A stretch of 63,432 nucleotides of DNA, filler included, from Chiloscyllium plagiosum (Eukaryota): NCBI RefSeq assembly GCF_004010195.1. It is 3 parts of one record of this genome, joined end to end, with 100 filler letters (N's around TTAATTAATTAA, not from the genome) between each part and the next. Parts side by side here need not be neighbours in the genome. Positions count along the whole stretch, not along the records: positions 29,210 to 57,467 come from NC_057711.1; 2 more parts are not named here. One strand, given 5' to 3'. Below are positions 37,200 through 50,803 of the stretch, piece by piece. Numbering within the stretch: the stretch's first letter is position 1; every line of letters begins with the position of its first letter. The notes below the pieces were generated by a model. That model saw nothing but the letters and a program-made list of their open reading frames with translations, ran no database searches and had not been told where the DNA came from. Position numbers and translations under genes: made by a program.

Positions 37200-39958
37200 A
37201 CAATGAGAAGGGGGTGGTCAGCGCAGGACTGAGGGTTTTGGACTTAAATTCACTCAGTTTATGAAACAAGGTAAATGAGCTTGTAACTCAGATTGAAATT
37301 GGCGGGTATGATTTGGACATCACAGAGACATGGCTACAAGGAGATTAGAGGTGGAAACTAAATATCCAAGGATCTGCATCCTAGTGAAAGGACAGGCAGA
37401 TGACAAGTGGTGGGTTTGCCTTGTTAGTAAGGAATGAAATTATATTGACTGTACGAAGTGATATGGGGTCAGAACACATAGAATTAAAGGTCAGAGAGAG
37501 GCAACCGTGGACATTGGACCACTGGAAAATTAGGCTGGAGAAATAATAACAGGGGATAAAGAAATGGTGGAGAAATTGATTAGGTGCTTTGCAACAGTTT
37601 TCACGGTGGACTACACCAGTAGCATACCAAAACTTCAAGAGAATCAGAGGGTAGAAATGAGTGCAGTAGCCAGCACTAAGTAGGAGGTGCTGGGAAAATA
37701 TTTATAGGCGGATAAATCACCCAAATGGACTACACCCCAGGGATCTGAAGCAGATAGCAGAGGAGATTCTGGATGTATTGGCAGTGATCTTTCAGGAATC
37801 ACTGGATCCATGGAGGGTCCCAGAGGAATGGAAAACGGCTAATATAACTGTTTAATAAGGGAGGGAGGCAGATAGAGCCATAGAGTCATAGAGATGTACA
37901 GCATGGAAACAGACCCTTCAGTACAACCTGTCCATGCTGACCAGATATCCCAACCCAATCTAGTCCCACCTGCCAGCACCCGGCCCATATCCCTCCAAAC
38001 CCTTCCTATTCATATACCCATCNNNNNNNNNNNNNNNNNNNNNNNNNNNNNNNNNNNNNNNNNNNNNNNNNNNNNNNNNNNNNNNNNNNNNNNNNNNNNN
38101 NNNNNNNNNNNNNNNNNNNNNNNNNNNNNNNNNNNNNNNNNNNNNNNNNNNNNNNNNNNNNNNNNNNNNATCCTCCAACCCTGGCAACATCCTTGTAAAT
38201 CTTTTCTGAACCCTTTCAAGTTTCATAACATCTTTCCGATAGGAAGGAGACCAGAATTGCATGCAATATTCCAACAGTGGCCTAACCAATGTCCTGTACA
38301 GCCGCAACATGACCTCCCAACTCCTGTACTCAATACTCTGACCAATAAAAGAAAGCAAACCAAACGTCTTCTTCACCATCCTTTCTACCTGCGACTCCAC
38401 TTTCAAGGAGCTATGAACCTGCACTCCAAGGTCTCTTTGTTCAGCAACACTCCCTAGGACCCTACCATTAAGTGTATAAGTCCTGCTAAGATTTGCTTTC
38501 CCAAAATGCAGCACCTCGCATTTATCCGAATTAAACTCTATCTGCCACTCCTCAGCCCATTGGCCCATCTAGTCAAAATCCTGTTGTAATCTGAGGTAAC
38601 CCTCTTCGCTTTCCACTACACCTCCAATTTTGGTGTCACCTGCAAACTTACTAACTGTACCTCTAATGCTTGCATCCAAATCATTTATGTAAATGACAAA
38701 AAGTAGAGGGCCCCCAGCAAATGATAGACAGGTTCCCCTGATTTCAGTCATTGGAAAGAGAGTCCATTTTTAAGGATGTGATTGCAGAGCATTTGGAAGT
38801 GCACGGTAAAGTAGTACTGAATTCTTTGAAGAAGTAATGAGCATGTTAGACAAAGGAGAGCCAGTGTACATGATCTGTTTAGATTTCCAAAAGGTCCTTG
38901 TCAAGGTGCAGCACAAGATGCTGTTAAATAAGATAAGAAACCATGGTGTTAGGACCAAGGTAGTGGCATGGATGGAGGATTGGCTGACTGGCAGAAGTCA
39001 GAAAGTAGGGATAAAGGAATCTTCTTCAATATGGCAGCCAGAGACTAATGGAGTTCAACAGGGATCACAACTCTGCATGTCGTACATTAACAAACTGGAC
39101 AAAGGAATCTGAGAGCATTGTTGCTAAGTTTTCAGATGACACAAACATAGGTGGTGGGAGGGGTAATGTTGTGGAAGTGGGGAGGCTGTAGGAAGACTAA
39201 GACAGGCTACGAGACTGGTCAAAAAAGTGAAAGGTGGAATACAATGTGGCAAAGTGTGAGGTTATGGACTTTGATTGGAAGAATAGAGGTGTAGACTATT
39301 TTCTAAACGGGGGAGGGCTTTCGAAATCTGAAGCACGAAAAGACTTAGGAGTTTTAGTTCTGGATTCTCTTAAGGTAAACATGGAGGCTCAGTTGGCAGT
39401 TTGGAAAGCAGAGATGTACTGCAGGGGCTGTATTAGGCTCTAGTCAGACCACATTTGGAACATTGTGAGCACTTTGGGCCCTGTATCTAAAGAAGGATAA
39501 TTTGGCCTTGGAGGGGGTCCATAGGAGGCTTATAAGAAAAATCCTGGGGATGAAGAGTTTGTCATATAAGGAGGGGTTGAGCACTCTGGGTCTTGATGAC
39601 AGTTAAAAGGATGAGAGAATCTCTTTGAAATCACAAAATACTGAGAGAGTATAGTGAATATGAAAGTGAGTTTCCAGTATTAAGAGAAACTAGGAGCCTC
39701 AGAGAGAAGAGATGACCCTTTAGAACTGAGATGAAGAGGAACACCTTCAGTTGGAGGGTGGTGACACTGTGGAACTCATTGCTGCAAAGCGCTGTGGAAG
39801 GCAAGTCATTGAGTGTATTTCAGACAGAGATCGTGGGGGATCAAACGTTACAGGAAAAGGCAGGAGAATGGGATAGACAAACATATCAGCCATGATTGAC
39901 TAGAGGAGCAGATGGGCCAAATGGCCTGATTCTGCTTCTATGTCTTATGGCCTTACAG
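37200..39958 (+). mobile_element. Old, internally deleted CR1 LINE interrupted by a younger antisense CR1
   Basis: Endonuclease remnant ITETWLQG at about 37320, DFQKVLVKVQH, KFSDDT at about 39125, and a CR1 tail at about 39900-39958. Confidence 0.85.
37873..38712 (-). mobile_element. Young CR1 3' fragment (contains 147-N gap at 38023-38169)
   Basis: ORFs 38569-38751 (GPLLFVIYINDLD, KFAGDTK) and 37960-38568; (CTATGACT)n tail. Confidence 0.95.
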
Positions 39959-41974
39959 TCTTATGATTATAGTAATAATAAAGTAATTTATTCATTCATT
40001 TTAAAGGTGTATCAAAGGGAACCAAATGTGTTTCAGCATTGCAATTCTATGCTGCACAAGCTTAGCAAGTATAATCTAAATTAATGTGAGATTTTCACAG
40101 TTAGGTTTAATGCATCACAAAAAGTGTAGATCTTATTTGTGCTGACTATTCAAACATTTGAGTTAATTTTACTGCAACTTTTTGTTCACCTTCAAAGCGA
40201 ATAGTAATACATTTTAAACATTTAAATTCTATTACAAGTTGGTCATTGAAAGCAATTGGTTATAATTACTTATCTGATATACAGTGGACACTCCATAATA
40301 GTAAAATGAAACATAAAAAAATCAAACATCTTTGATGCTAATGATATAAGCAGGAGGCTTCTAATTGAGGAATATATCCTTCAAAGGGTTAAATTCATAC
40401 ATTGTTGCATTTTTACATCGAAGATGTTCCTTTTATTATGAATCAATCAAACAGACTTGAATTTAAAATTAAGTTTTTCTTCTTGTGGATTGCTAGTGCC
40501 TGGAAGTTCTGCTTTTTGCATTGGTATTGCAATGGGACATGTCCTCTGAAGGTAACAAAGGTCCACTCTGGTGTGAATTGTTTTCATTTTCTTTTTCCTT
40601 TTGTACATCTTGAATGCCATGAGCAACTCAATAGAATTTAAAGACAGGCAGGTTTGGCTGTATCCCTTTGCAGGTAAGTTTTGAATCTATCTACACAGTG
40701 ATAGGAGATAGTTTTTCTTTGCCAAGTAACATTTTTTAGGCTAAATATTAACATTACTGACAGTAAATGTTAGTTCTGTGTTTTCTGTTGTACACGTTAT
40801 TGCAAATGTAATGAAGATATTGGTACTTTACACTTTGGACTTTAGACTACAGTTGGCATAAAAAGATTTGATTTCATCCAGTACACACCTAGAAACCCAT
40901 TTTACAGCATAATTTCTTAGGTATTAACATTGTTGTGACAGAAAAAGCTTAAATATTTTACTGTAAAAATGCTTGGTAAAATGTGTTACGACTTGCTGTT
41001 TACTTATTTTAGTCAATAGATGGAAAATTAACAGTCTCTTGGGGTTCATAGTGGATTCAATTTAAATGCTTCACATATGGACATCCATGAACAGTCCATA
41101 TGTCAATGTTTAATTATAAAAATGGAACATTCTGTATATTTAATAAAGGATTGACTGATGGACTGAACTATTTATATCCTTTAGATCTACTTCTATAATC
41201 CTTTAAGTGTAGAAAATGTTCTGTGGAACTTTACATCAGGGCCAAAAACAGTAAAACATCAGTTTAAAAGGGTAAAGCAATATGCCCTTTCTGTTAACTA
41301 TCTGCAATGGCAAATATTATTTTCTTTTATGTACACAGAAAGGGAGATTTATCACAAGTGAAGGGCTATGATTGGATGCAAATAGAGATCTAAAGGAACA
41401 ACAGAATTGCAGCAATGGCTCCAACTCACCAGGTTTGTCTTTTAATTGGGACAACTGGGGCAAGAGGCAGCAATTAAACCACCTTCAGGCAGTGAGGTAA
41501 ATGTTAATACATCAGGATGCCTCTGATTTGACCTGCTTTGTGAGCTTAGATATGATTGAAAGACCTGTGTTTCCCAGGTCTTGGAAAATCTGGCAGGTAT
41601 GTACAGGTGAAGAAAACCACAAGAAGTATTCCTTGTAGGACAGAAAGAGCAGATTGCTTTCTCTCAGCCTTTCAAGCTGTCCCGTTATCAAACTGCCGCT
41701 CCATCAGCTGCCACTCAAATCTCTACACCGAACCAGGGTCAGATCCTCTCACTAAGGCCAGGGAAAAGATCCTGTTACCAGTGTCAGGGATTAGATTCCC
41801 CCATCCTGGGTTCAGTGATAGAACCCCCCTTGGATTTTGACCCTCCAGCTGCCTCCCCCTCCACAACTAAGGATTGGACCTATCTGGTCACGAGGGCTCC
41901 CTCAAATGTCAATAGTGCTATTCCAACCCACCCACCAACCTCCCACAGCTGAAAACCAAACTTGTCTATATTAA

Positions 41975-42260
41975 GATGACTGTGGACATTGTGGCAAAAC
42001 CTGCATTTGTTGCCCCTCCCTAATTGCCCTTGGACCTAGTAGCTTTCTGAACTATTTTAGAACACTGCTCAAGATGAGCACATGACTGTGGAGCTGGAGT
42101 CACATGTGGAGCTGGAGTCACATCTGGACCAGACCAGATGGGTTTGTACAACAATCATTAATAGTTTTACATCTTCAAATGTCAGATTTTTATCAACTGA
42201 ATTTAAATTCCACCAGCTGCTATGGTGGGATTTTATTAAACTATATCAGAAATTCAGCAG
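41975..42260 (-). mobile_element. Degraded copy of the SINE-like element at 8003-8340
   Basis: Shared CTGGAGTCACATGT and TGAATTTAAATTCCACC blocks, with an internal 18-bp tandem duplication. Confidence 0.65.
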
Positions 42261-43210
42261 GTGAAGAAAGAAACAGAAATAATGCTTTGATTGGCATCTT
42301 TGTTTTCAGAAACTGCCAGATTTATTTTATTCTTTCATGGATGAAGGTATTATTTTCAAGGACAGCATTTATTCCTTATCTCTAATTTCCTTTAAACATG
42401 GGCATCCCATTTACAAACTGCACAAACAATATTGAAGTTTTACTGTTCTCCACAACAGTTCCCAAAATAACCTCAGGCTGTAATGTATAATTGGTAATAG
42501 CAAGCAACAATTACATGTTGCATATGTATTGAGGAGGAAGTGAACAATTAAGTATGAATCTCAACAGTGTGGATAGACATTGGTTAGATTTGTTCAAATT
42601 AAGCATTTCCATTCCCTTTTCAAAGAATATTCCAACTTCCTTTCTGTCCTCATGGTGTTCATAAAACATAGAAAAATAAGCCCTCAGTCTTTACTTGAAG
42701 CCTTGTAAAAATTGCATATAAATCAAATATTTATAAGTCTATCAGGAAATGATTCAGAATATTGTGGAATTTAAACAGACCTGGTGGAGCTAATTTGCTA
42801 CTCCATCCTGTCGGCTAAAATATGACTTTTTAATGGGATAAAAATTTCTATGCTATTGGCTGTGAGGATCAGTATTAAAATGAGTCTGGGAAATGTCAAA
42901 TTAGTTACATCAACTTTCAATGCCCTCTTGAGATTATTGTCTCCCATTGATGTTTTTAACATGGCTACCAGGCATAATTCAGTGCCTTTCCCAAATAGCT
43001 ATTCTTCAAGTGTGAGCCTAAATAGCATTTGTTGGCAGCATATTCAATTTTATGGTTCATCAGTACTGATCTTATTCGTGCCCCCACCCAAACTCCACAC
43101 ATGCAGACTTTCCAATGTTGCTCACTGGATGTTATCAAAACTGAGTTGACTTTGCTCTTTTTAGCCCATGGAAACTAAAGCCAATTATAATGTCCAGACT
43201 GTCCCATGCT

Positions 43211-43430
43211 AGAACGTAGAGAACATAGAACAGAGAACATTACAGTGCAGGACAGGCCCTTCAGCCTTTGATGTTGCACCGACCTGTGAAATTAATCTGA
43301 TGCCCATTAATCTACACCATTCCATTATTATCCATATGAATGTCCAACGCCCATTTAAATGCTTTTAACGTTGTCGAGTCAACTGCTGTTGCAAGCAGGC
43401 CATTCCACTCCCCTACTATTCTCGGAGATA
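43211..43430 (-). mobile_element. CR1 3' end, (TATGTTC)n-tail subfamily
   Basis: Matches 27630-27810. Confidence 0.85.
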
Positions 43431-43999
43431 AGTTAAATCATTACACATGGGATGTCCACTTGCAATTGCTGGTGTCTATGACCTAGCCACACATTGGCTT
43501 ATAATAATGAGCTAATGGGGAGCTAGCATCTTTTATTTCAGATATTTTTTATGTGCCAATTGTTAATAGGGATAGATACTTTCCTATGAAGAAGAGAACA
43601 ATGAAATATCATTCAGCCTACATAGGACTTTAGTTGTCCCCGAAAAGTTTCTCCCATCTCACTTGAAATATTTCGTGGTATTTCCATAAAGGCCAACCGA
43701 CCTTGCACAACTGATTTTTCAATAGCATAAGTCTGCATAGTCATATCTGCAACCCATTGATTCTGATTGCTTTCATAATGAAAGCAGTTCTGTCTAAATA
43801 TAGATATTCAACACACATATACAATAATTGACAGTAAATCATGAATTGGTTCACTTCTAGCCTCCTAAGCAGTGCCAACTTCAATTGTAGCAATCTTGCT
43901 GTACCCTTGATTGAGATGAGCTCGTTTAACACAGCTATGTCATTAGCAGTGTCAGGTTTTGTTCAGTGATACTCTTTCCTCTAACTCTCCAAGATTATG

Positions 44000-44235
44000 A
44001 CATAAAAAGAATATAAATAAGCCATTCGGCCCATCAAGTCTGCACTGTCATTTAATTAGACAATAGCCAATCTGATAATCCGTAACTGCACTTTCCTACC
44101 TTACTGCCACAACCATCGATTCCTTTATTGATTAGAAATCTGTAAATCTCAGTTTTAGTATACTCAACAGCCCAGTTTCTACAGCTGTCTGCAATAAAAA
44201 AACTCCACTACCCTCCGAGAGAAGAAATTCCTTCT
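44000..44235 (-). mobile_element. Old CR1 3' end
   Basis: GCCATTCGGCCCATCAAGTCTG ... ACTACCCTCCGAGAGAAGAAATTCCT. Confidence 0.7.
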
Positions 44236-44261
44236 CAGAAGTCAAATTTCACTTCAGATTC

Positions 44262-44620
44262 TTGACACATAATCCAGGCTGGCATTTCATTATGGTATCG
44301 ATGGAGTACTAAACTGTCATAGATGTCATTTTTCAAATGTGTCTTTAAACCCAGACTTCATCTGCCTGCCCAGGCAGATATAAAATATCACACAACATTC
44401 GCCCAGAAAGAATTGAGTGGTGTGAATTCTCCCATCTAATATCTATCTCTCAAACAACATTGATAAATCAGAATAATTGATCATTATGTCATTATAAAAA
44501 TAACCTGTCATATCTCCCAATATTACAACAGTGACGACACTTCAAAAATGCCTAATTGGCTGTAAAGCACTTTGGGACATTGTGAGATTGTAAAAGGTGC
44601 TATGCAAATGCAAGCTCTTT
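44262..44620 (+). mobile_element. Deu-domain-type SINE (SacSINE1/AmnSINE-like) with L2-type tail, degraded
   Basis: 3' block TTACAACAGTGACGACACTTCAAAA...TTGGCTGTAAAGCACTTTGGGAC...AAAGGTGCTATGCAAATGCAAG. Family call is from recall. Confidence 0.65.
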
Positions 44621-45952
44621 ATTTATTCCTGGTCTAGAAGGCTCATTAGGCTGATCATTTATTGACTAAACTGTTGGGGTATCTGCAGGACTAATGTAAG
44701 TCTGTAAAATGGAGCTCAAACTATAACAAACAAAGACTTTCAAATATAATTAAACCTTGCAGCACTCTTAAAATGATTGCTGGTACTTCCTTAAACTTTA
44801 TACTTAATTTCACTAACTAAGATTATGGAACCCTGAAAGCAAGATTCTACTTTCACCTTACTTTCCCGCATGTTTATGAATACCTTTTGAGTATTAAGCC
44901 ATGTTTGGAATATTTTAAAGAAAGTTGTGCTTAACTGTAATGGTTGTCAGCTGTAGAATCAACCATGTGTAGGCAAGAGAAACATTGCCAATTGGAAGTA
45001 GACTGATAGACAGACATATGGACACCTTATAGCTGTAAAGGATTCAATATCAAAGGATACTCCAAGGCTTGAATTCCCCATCTTTGTATTACTTGGCAAT
45101 TCATTCTTTGATTCTGGTGCGATAATGTACTGCTGTATTGTAAGAAACAATGTGCTGAATATTTCATATTGACAAGCAACAGAAGGGTGCACAAGGTTGC
45201 AAACATTCTCACTATTGACAGATGGACTAATCTAATAGAATGAGTATTCCTACGTTGGGGCAAAATGCCAAGAAATCAGTGTTACATTTACACATATCTT
45301 TCTTTTCTGGATTAATGTTACTGCTCGTTTAACTTCTGTTTAATTTGGTGAAGATGTTTATTTTTTCAGTCCTATGATAACATTATCCATGGGGTTACAG
45401 CCACACTGGGAGGATTAGGAATTCCTGAAGGAGAACTAGTGTTCATTATTCTGACAGCAACAAATAACAGAAGTTAACCACTTTTTTTAAAAAATCCGTT
45501 GAATAATATTGAAGGTATTCTTAGTATCTTTGCTTAGACAGACACTGTTTTTAATAAAAATAAATTGAACTTATTGTAAAAATAGTTGAACAGTTCAGCC
45601 ACAAGTAACATAATTATAGCAATAAAATAGAATTATACTGGCTGTAGTTTGCAATAATGATAAAAGCTGACTAAATGAATACCAGTAGTTTGTGCCATTT
45701 TCGTGACGGCCATCCTAGTTTTCAAAGCACACACTTCACTGAATAACTACGTGACAACACAGACACAACTGACTGAATGGCGATCTCCTCTTCTGTAACA
45801 ATTCTATGATTTTATGATTCTTATTAAATTTATTTGTTCAAGCTATGTATTCTATCTTAATTACATAAGAAGTTCTTAGGAATAACTTTAAAGGGGAAGA
45901 CGTATTAGTTAGAAGGAGAATTATTGTATTTTCAGGTAAAGTTGGCTAAGTT

Positions 45953-46842
45953 GGGCAGCATGGTGGCTCAGTGTTTAGCCCTGCTGCCTCATGGCACCAG
46001 GGGCCTGGGTTTGATTCCAGCTCTGGGTGGCTGTCTGTGTGAAGTTTTCACGGTATAGTCATAGAGTCATACAACATGGAAACAGACCCTTTGGTCCAAC
46101 ACGTCCATGCTGATTGTTTCCCAACAAAACTAGTCCCATTTGGACCATATCCCTCTAAACTTTTCCTATTCATGTACCTGCCCAAATGTCTTTTAAATGT
46201 TGTAACTGTATCTGCATCTACCGTTTCCTCTGACAATTCATTCCACATATGAACCACCCTCTGTGTGAAAATGTTGCACCTCAGATCCCTTTTACATCTT
46301 TTTCCTCTCACCTTAAAATTATGTCTTCTAGTTTTGAACTCCCCTACCCTAGGGAAAGACCTTTGCTATTCACCTTATTTACATCCTTCACGATTTTATA
46401 AACCTCGATAAGACCACCCCTCAACCTCCCACGTTCCAGTGAAAAAAGTCTCAGCCTATCCATCCTCTCCTTATAATACAAACCCTCCAGTCTAAGTAAC
46501 ATTCCTGTAAATCTTTTCTCTCCAATTTTACAATATCTTTCCTATAGCAATTTACTCAGAACTGCACACAGTACTCCAAAAGTTCGCCCTGGGTCTGCAT
46601 GGGTTTCTGTAGGGTGCTCCAGTTTCCTCCCACAGTCCAAAGATGTGCAGGTTAGGGGAATTGGCCATGCTAAATTGCCCCATAATGTCCAGGGAAGTGC
46701 AGGTTAGGTGGATTAGCTATGGTAAACATGGAGTTATGGGGATAGAGTCAGGGTCTGGGTCTGGGTGGGATGCTCTTCAGAGAGTCAGTGCAGACTCGAT
46801 AGGGCTAAAGTCCTCTTTCTGCTCTGTAGGGATTCTATGATA
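45953..46842 (+). mobile_element. HE1-type SINE split by an antisense CR1 fragment
   Basis: The SINE reads through ...GAAGTTTTCACG| |TTCGCCCTGGGTCTGCATGGG across the insertion. Confidence 0.88.
46054..46581 (-). mobile_element. CR1 3' fragment
   Basis: ORF 46048-46311 IFTQRVVHMWNEL...FKRHLGRYMNR. Confidence 0.93.
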
Positions 46843-47419
46843 AGTCAAATATATAAACCATTGTATTTTGTAAAAGGGTGATATCTTTGCTCTTTGAGAG
46901 GTTTTTTAAGATACTTGACAAATGTTCAGTTAATTATTCTATTTTTATCATAAATAAATTGAGACAACAGGAAACACCATGAATAATAACTACAATATTT
47001 TGTTGTTCATACGTATGAAGCGAACACAGCTGACTTGCAATGATTGGTTTTTACTCATTTATGTAGATTAATCTGCACATGGGTTGATAGAAACCATGTC
47101 CCTGTTTTGTTATGTTTGAATTAGACATGGCATGTTAATCTGTTTAGCATGTGTCTTACAACACAGATTGTCCCCCCTATTGTGTCATCCCTTATTCAGT
47201 GGTACTATATTACTTTAGAGATTGCTGAATCACTGAGCAACTGACTAACTCAAACATATCTACTCTTATCATCAATTCTTAGCCCATTAGTAATCTGTTA
47301 GTTTAAAAGACCTAAATGTACCAGATTGTGATGGTGCAGCCTACTACATAGTTCACTTGTGGCGTTGAATAAATGCTATCTTGAATGTAAATGGGCAGAG
47401 ACTAGGGATACTGCGGTGA

Positions 47420-47990
47420 TAACTCACCTCCTGACACCCCAAAGTCTATCCACCATCTACAAAGCAAAAGTCAGGAGTGTGATGGAATGCTCCCTACTTG
47501 CTAGGATGGGGTGTAGCTCCAACAAAACTCAAGAAGCTTGGCACCATCCATGACAAAGCAACCCGCTTGATTGGCACCACATATACAAACATTCAATCCC
47601 TCTACCACTGGCGCTCAGGAGCAGCAGTGTGTACTATCTACAAGATACACTGCAGAAATTCACCAAAGATCCTTAGACAGCACCTTCCAAACCTACGACC
47701 ATTTCCATCTAGAAGGACAAGGGCAGTGGGTACTTGAGAACACCACCACCAGCAATTTCCCTTCCAAGTCACTCACCTCCCTGACTTGGTAATATACCGC
47801 TGTTCCTTCACAGTCGTTGGGTCAAATCTTGGAATTCCCTCCCTACTGGCATGGTGGGTCATTCCACAGCAAGTGAACTGCAGTGATTCAAGAAGGCAGC
47901 TCACCACCATCTGCTCAAGGGCAAAAAGGAATGGGCTATCAATGCTGGCCAGCCAGTGTCGCACAAGTCCCAAAAATGAATATTAAAAAT
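47420..47990 (+). mobile_element. 3' end of the second LINE family (CR1/Jockey-group ORF2 C-terminus)
   Basis: HLLTPQSLSTIYKAKVRSVMECS..., KLGTIHDKATRLIG...SLYHWRS.AAVCTIYKIH, and tail CAATGCTGGCCAGCCAG...ATGAATATTAAAAA. Confidence 0.85.
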
Positions 47991-49384
47991 CTCCTAAAAT
48001 TTTACTAGAATGTCATTAGTTAAATTTCTCATTTCCAGTTTGCAAGAATTTAGTTAACTTTTCATTCTTGAGTTTATGCTGTATTCTCATTCTATTAAGA
48101 AGCTAAATAATTGAAGCTTCAACGATGCCATGTTGTAATTTGGTTGAAACACAGTCTTTCTTAAGCTCCTTAGTAAATTTGGACCACCAAAATTGAACTG
48201 AGCCATGCTAATTACAATTGGCACAGAACACTGTTGAACCTTTGTGTATCCAAGTCCTAAATTAAATTCTTCTACTTTGCAGGAGAGAAGCAAACTGCCC
48301 TTCTTAAAGTATCTCAAATCAAATGGCATATTTCTTTTGACAAGGAAATGTTGCAAATCTCACCAATTTTATCAATCCATATTAAATTTCTCAATAAACA
48401 CAATTTTCGTCACTTCTTGTATCCAAGAACTGCAAAGCTTATATATTTTAATTTTCCCACTGCCTGAGATTTGAAGTGATGTAGTGAGGATTATTGTTTT
48501 GAATAATGTAATGAATTGTCGTCATCTATATCTCTATGCCTGCTAATTCTTTAGAAAATTCTCATGATATATGGGATCAATTTCTCCACTTTCATTACAT
48601 GTGGAATTATAAAGAAATGCCTTTAAATCATATGACTTTGAGAAAGTCACAATAATTTTTCTGGTTTCGTGTCAATTCACTTCTACATGATTCTATTATG
48701 CAGTTTTTCAGTCCCCAGTTCTTGTTTTGATATAATAACAAGCTAAATGTTTCATACATTTGTGACTGGTTTATGTGTCTGCATTTTTACCTATGGAAAA
48801 AAAATGTGCACACCAGCTGTTGATGGTTATAGCACTCTTCTTAAGTTCTTTATGGCCTACACATGGCTCTGCTGAATTGACTGGCAACAATCAAATCATA
48901 ACAGTAGGCATAGCATTGATCACCAAGTGCCAAGTAATGGTGGCTATTGATGCAGGGAAATGCTATACCAGATTTCTAGAGAAAATGTGTATCAATGTTA
49001 GAAAATATTAATTTTTAACATTGTATTGAATGCAACTTTCACCATTTTAAAACAGTTGTAATTTTTAATATTTATTTTGCACTGTCAGTGTGCACAAGGT
49101 GATTTGATTACTTGGATCTTATGTGCCATTTCGCATCTTGCAACTGAAGACAATGGAAATAAATTTTGTGAGAAATATAAAACAAGCTGGAATTTGCTGC
49201 TGCCCATTTTATGCTAGAGCGGAAAATCAAAGTTATACTCAAACACCTCACTCTTTACTGCATGGAAAACAGCTCTCTCTGTTGGACTGGCAACATTAAG
49301 GCAATCAATTGTTGGTAAAGTAATAGTTATTCCTTGAATTGTTTGTTATCACCTAGTTTTACCTCTCTGCTTTAATTCTGTTAA

Positions 49385-49657
49385 TCCAACAGCCAGAAGG
49401 ACAGGTCAGCATACGCATGGGAAGACCACTCTCGACAGGTTCCTCTCCAAGTCACATACTAACTTGACTTGGAATTACATCATTCTTTCACAACTATTAG
49501 GTCAAAATCCTGGGCCTCTTGTCGCCAACAGCAGATGGATTGTAGCTTTAAGCAAAGTGGTTCGTCATCACCTTCTCCAGGGCAGTTTGAAATGGACAAC
49601 AAATGCTAGCCTTGCCAGTGACATGCTCAACCAGTGGCAGAGTGAATGAATAAAAAT
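49385..49657 (+). mobile_element. 3' end of the second LINE family, degraded
   Basis: Collinear with 47705-47990. Confidence 0.7.
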
Positions 49658-50446
49658 TTGACATTGATTTTCCTTTTAGGCCAACATTTTTTGACCCACA
49701 ATGCTGTGGCTGCATATTATTGCATTGTGCTTTGCTAACGTGGCTTAGGCAGCTAGCAACCAATTCTGAAAATGTTGTTCATGTTAATTTTAGTGGGATT
49801 ATTGAATTATGACTTCAAGTGCATTGGAGAATGGCCTTACAGGAGCAGCAGCATAAATAAAGAGCAAATATTTGGAAAATGCATTTTGATTTATCCTTTG
49901 TCCAGCACAGATTGGGAATATAAACAGACTGTGTCAAACAAATACTTTAAAAACATTTATTTGACATGGAGTATGTAACTGAAGTCTGAATGGAGAAGTT
50001 AATACTGAAGCAACAGATAATATTTGAGCCATTGAAGCCTATTTATTAATTTTTTTTCAATTCATTATATTGTTTAGTTGGCATTCGGTATGAAAGAATC
50101 TTGGCAGCAAGCACTAATCAAGCATTACAGAATTAGCAGCAATTACCCTTTGGAAATAAAGACACCACAGTGGTAATTATTTCTGAATAGATAAATGAGT
50201 TGATATTATATTGTGTACAGAATTCTGGTGTCATTCACATGGAGAGGCTGACACCCATAAGGCAAATGTAACAGACACTGTTTATGAAACTAATGAGGAT
50301 GTTTTAAATTATGAGAAAACTAACGTTTAAAGACAGGAATGTAAGTTTCAACTTGCCTCCAGCTGTAAAGCAATGGAAGTGAAAATTAGAAAGTTTCTGC
50401 AGTGGGTGACAGACCTGCAACCTCAAATAAATGTCTGGGTGCCACT

Positions 50447-50590
50447 TTTTAAAAAAATTCATTCACATGATGTGGACATCTCTGACTCAGCCAACATTTA
50501 TTGCCATCACTAATTTCTCTTGAATAAGTGATGGTGAGTTGCCTTTTTAAACTGCTGTAGTTGTCATGGTGTAGGGGCAACCACAGTGCC
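50447..50590 (-). mobile_element. 3' end of the second LINE family, degraded
   Basis: Reverse complement of 47850-47990. Confidence 0.7.
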
Positions 50591-50803
50591 TGTGAAAATC
50601 TATTCCATAGAATTGCAATTTATGTGTCCTGGTAGCTCTATTGATAAATTGAAATTTTGATTCAGCTTCCACCAAAGGCACATATTACTGGATATTATAA
50701 GACATCTGTAAGAGGATCTTGCAACAGTGCAGTGCAACCTTTCAATGCCAAATAAAATTAATATCCAGAAAGCTGAATATTCTCATCCTATATGGCAGAA
50801 TAT

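Noticed and set aside
40590..40680. Plus-strand donor CAG|GTAAGT near 40673 as an exon end
   Set aside because: No unambiguous acceptor or recognisable peptide was found.
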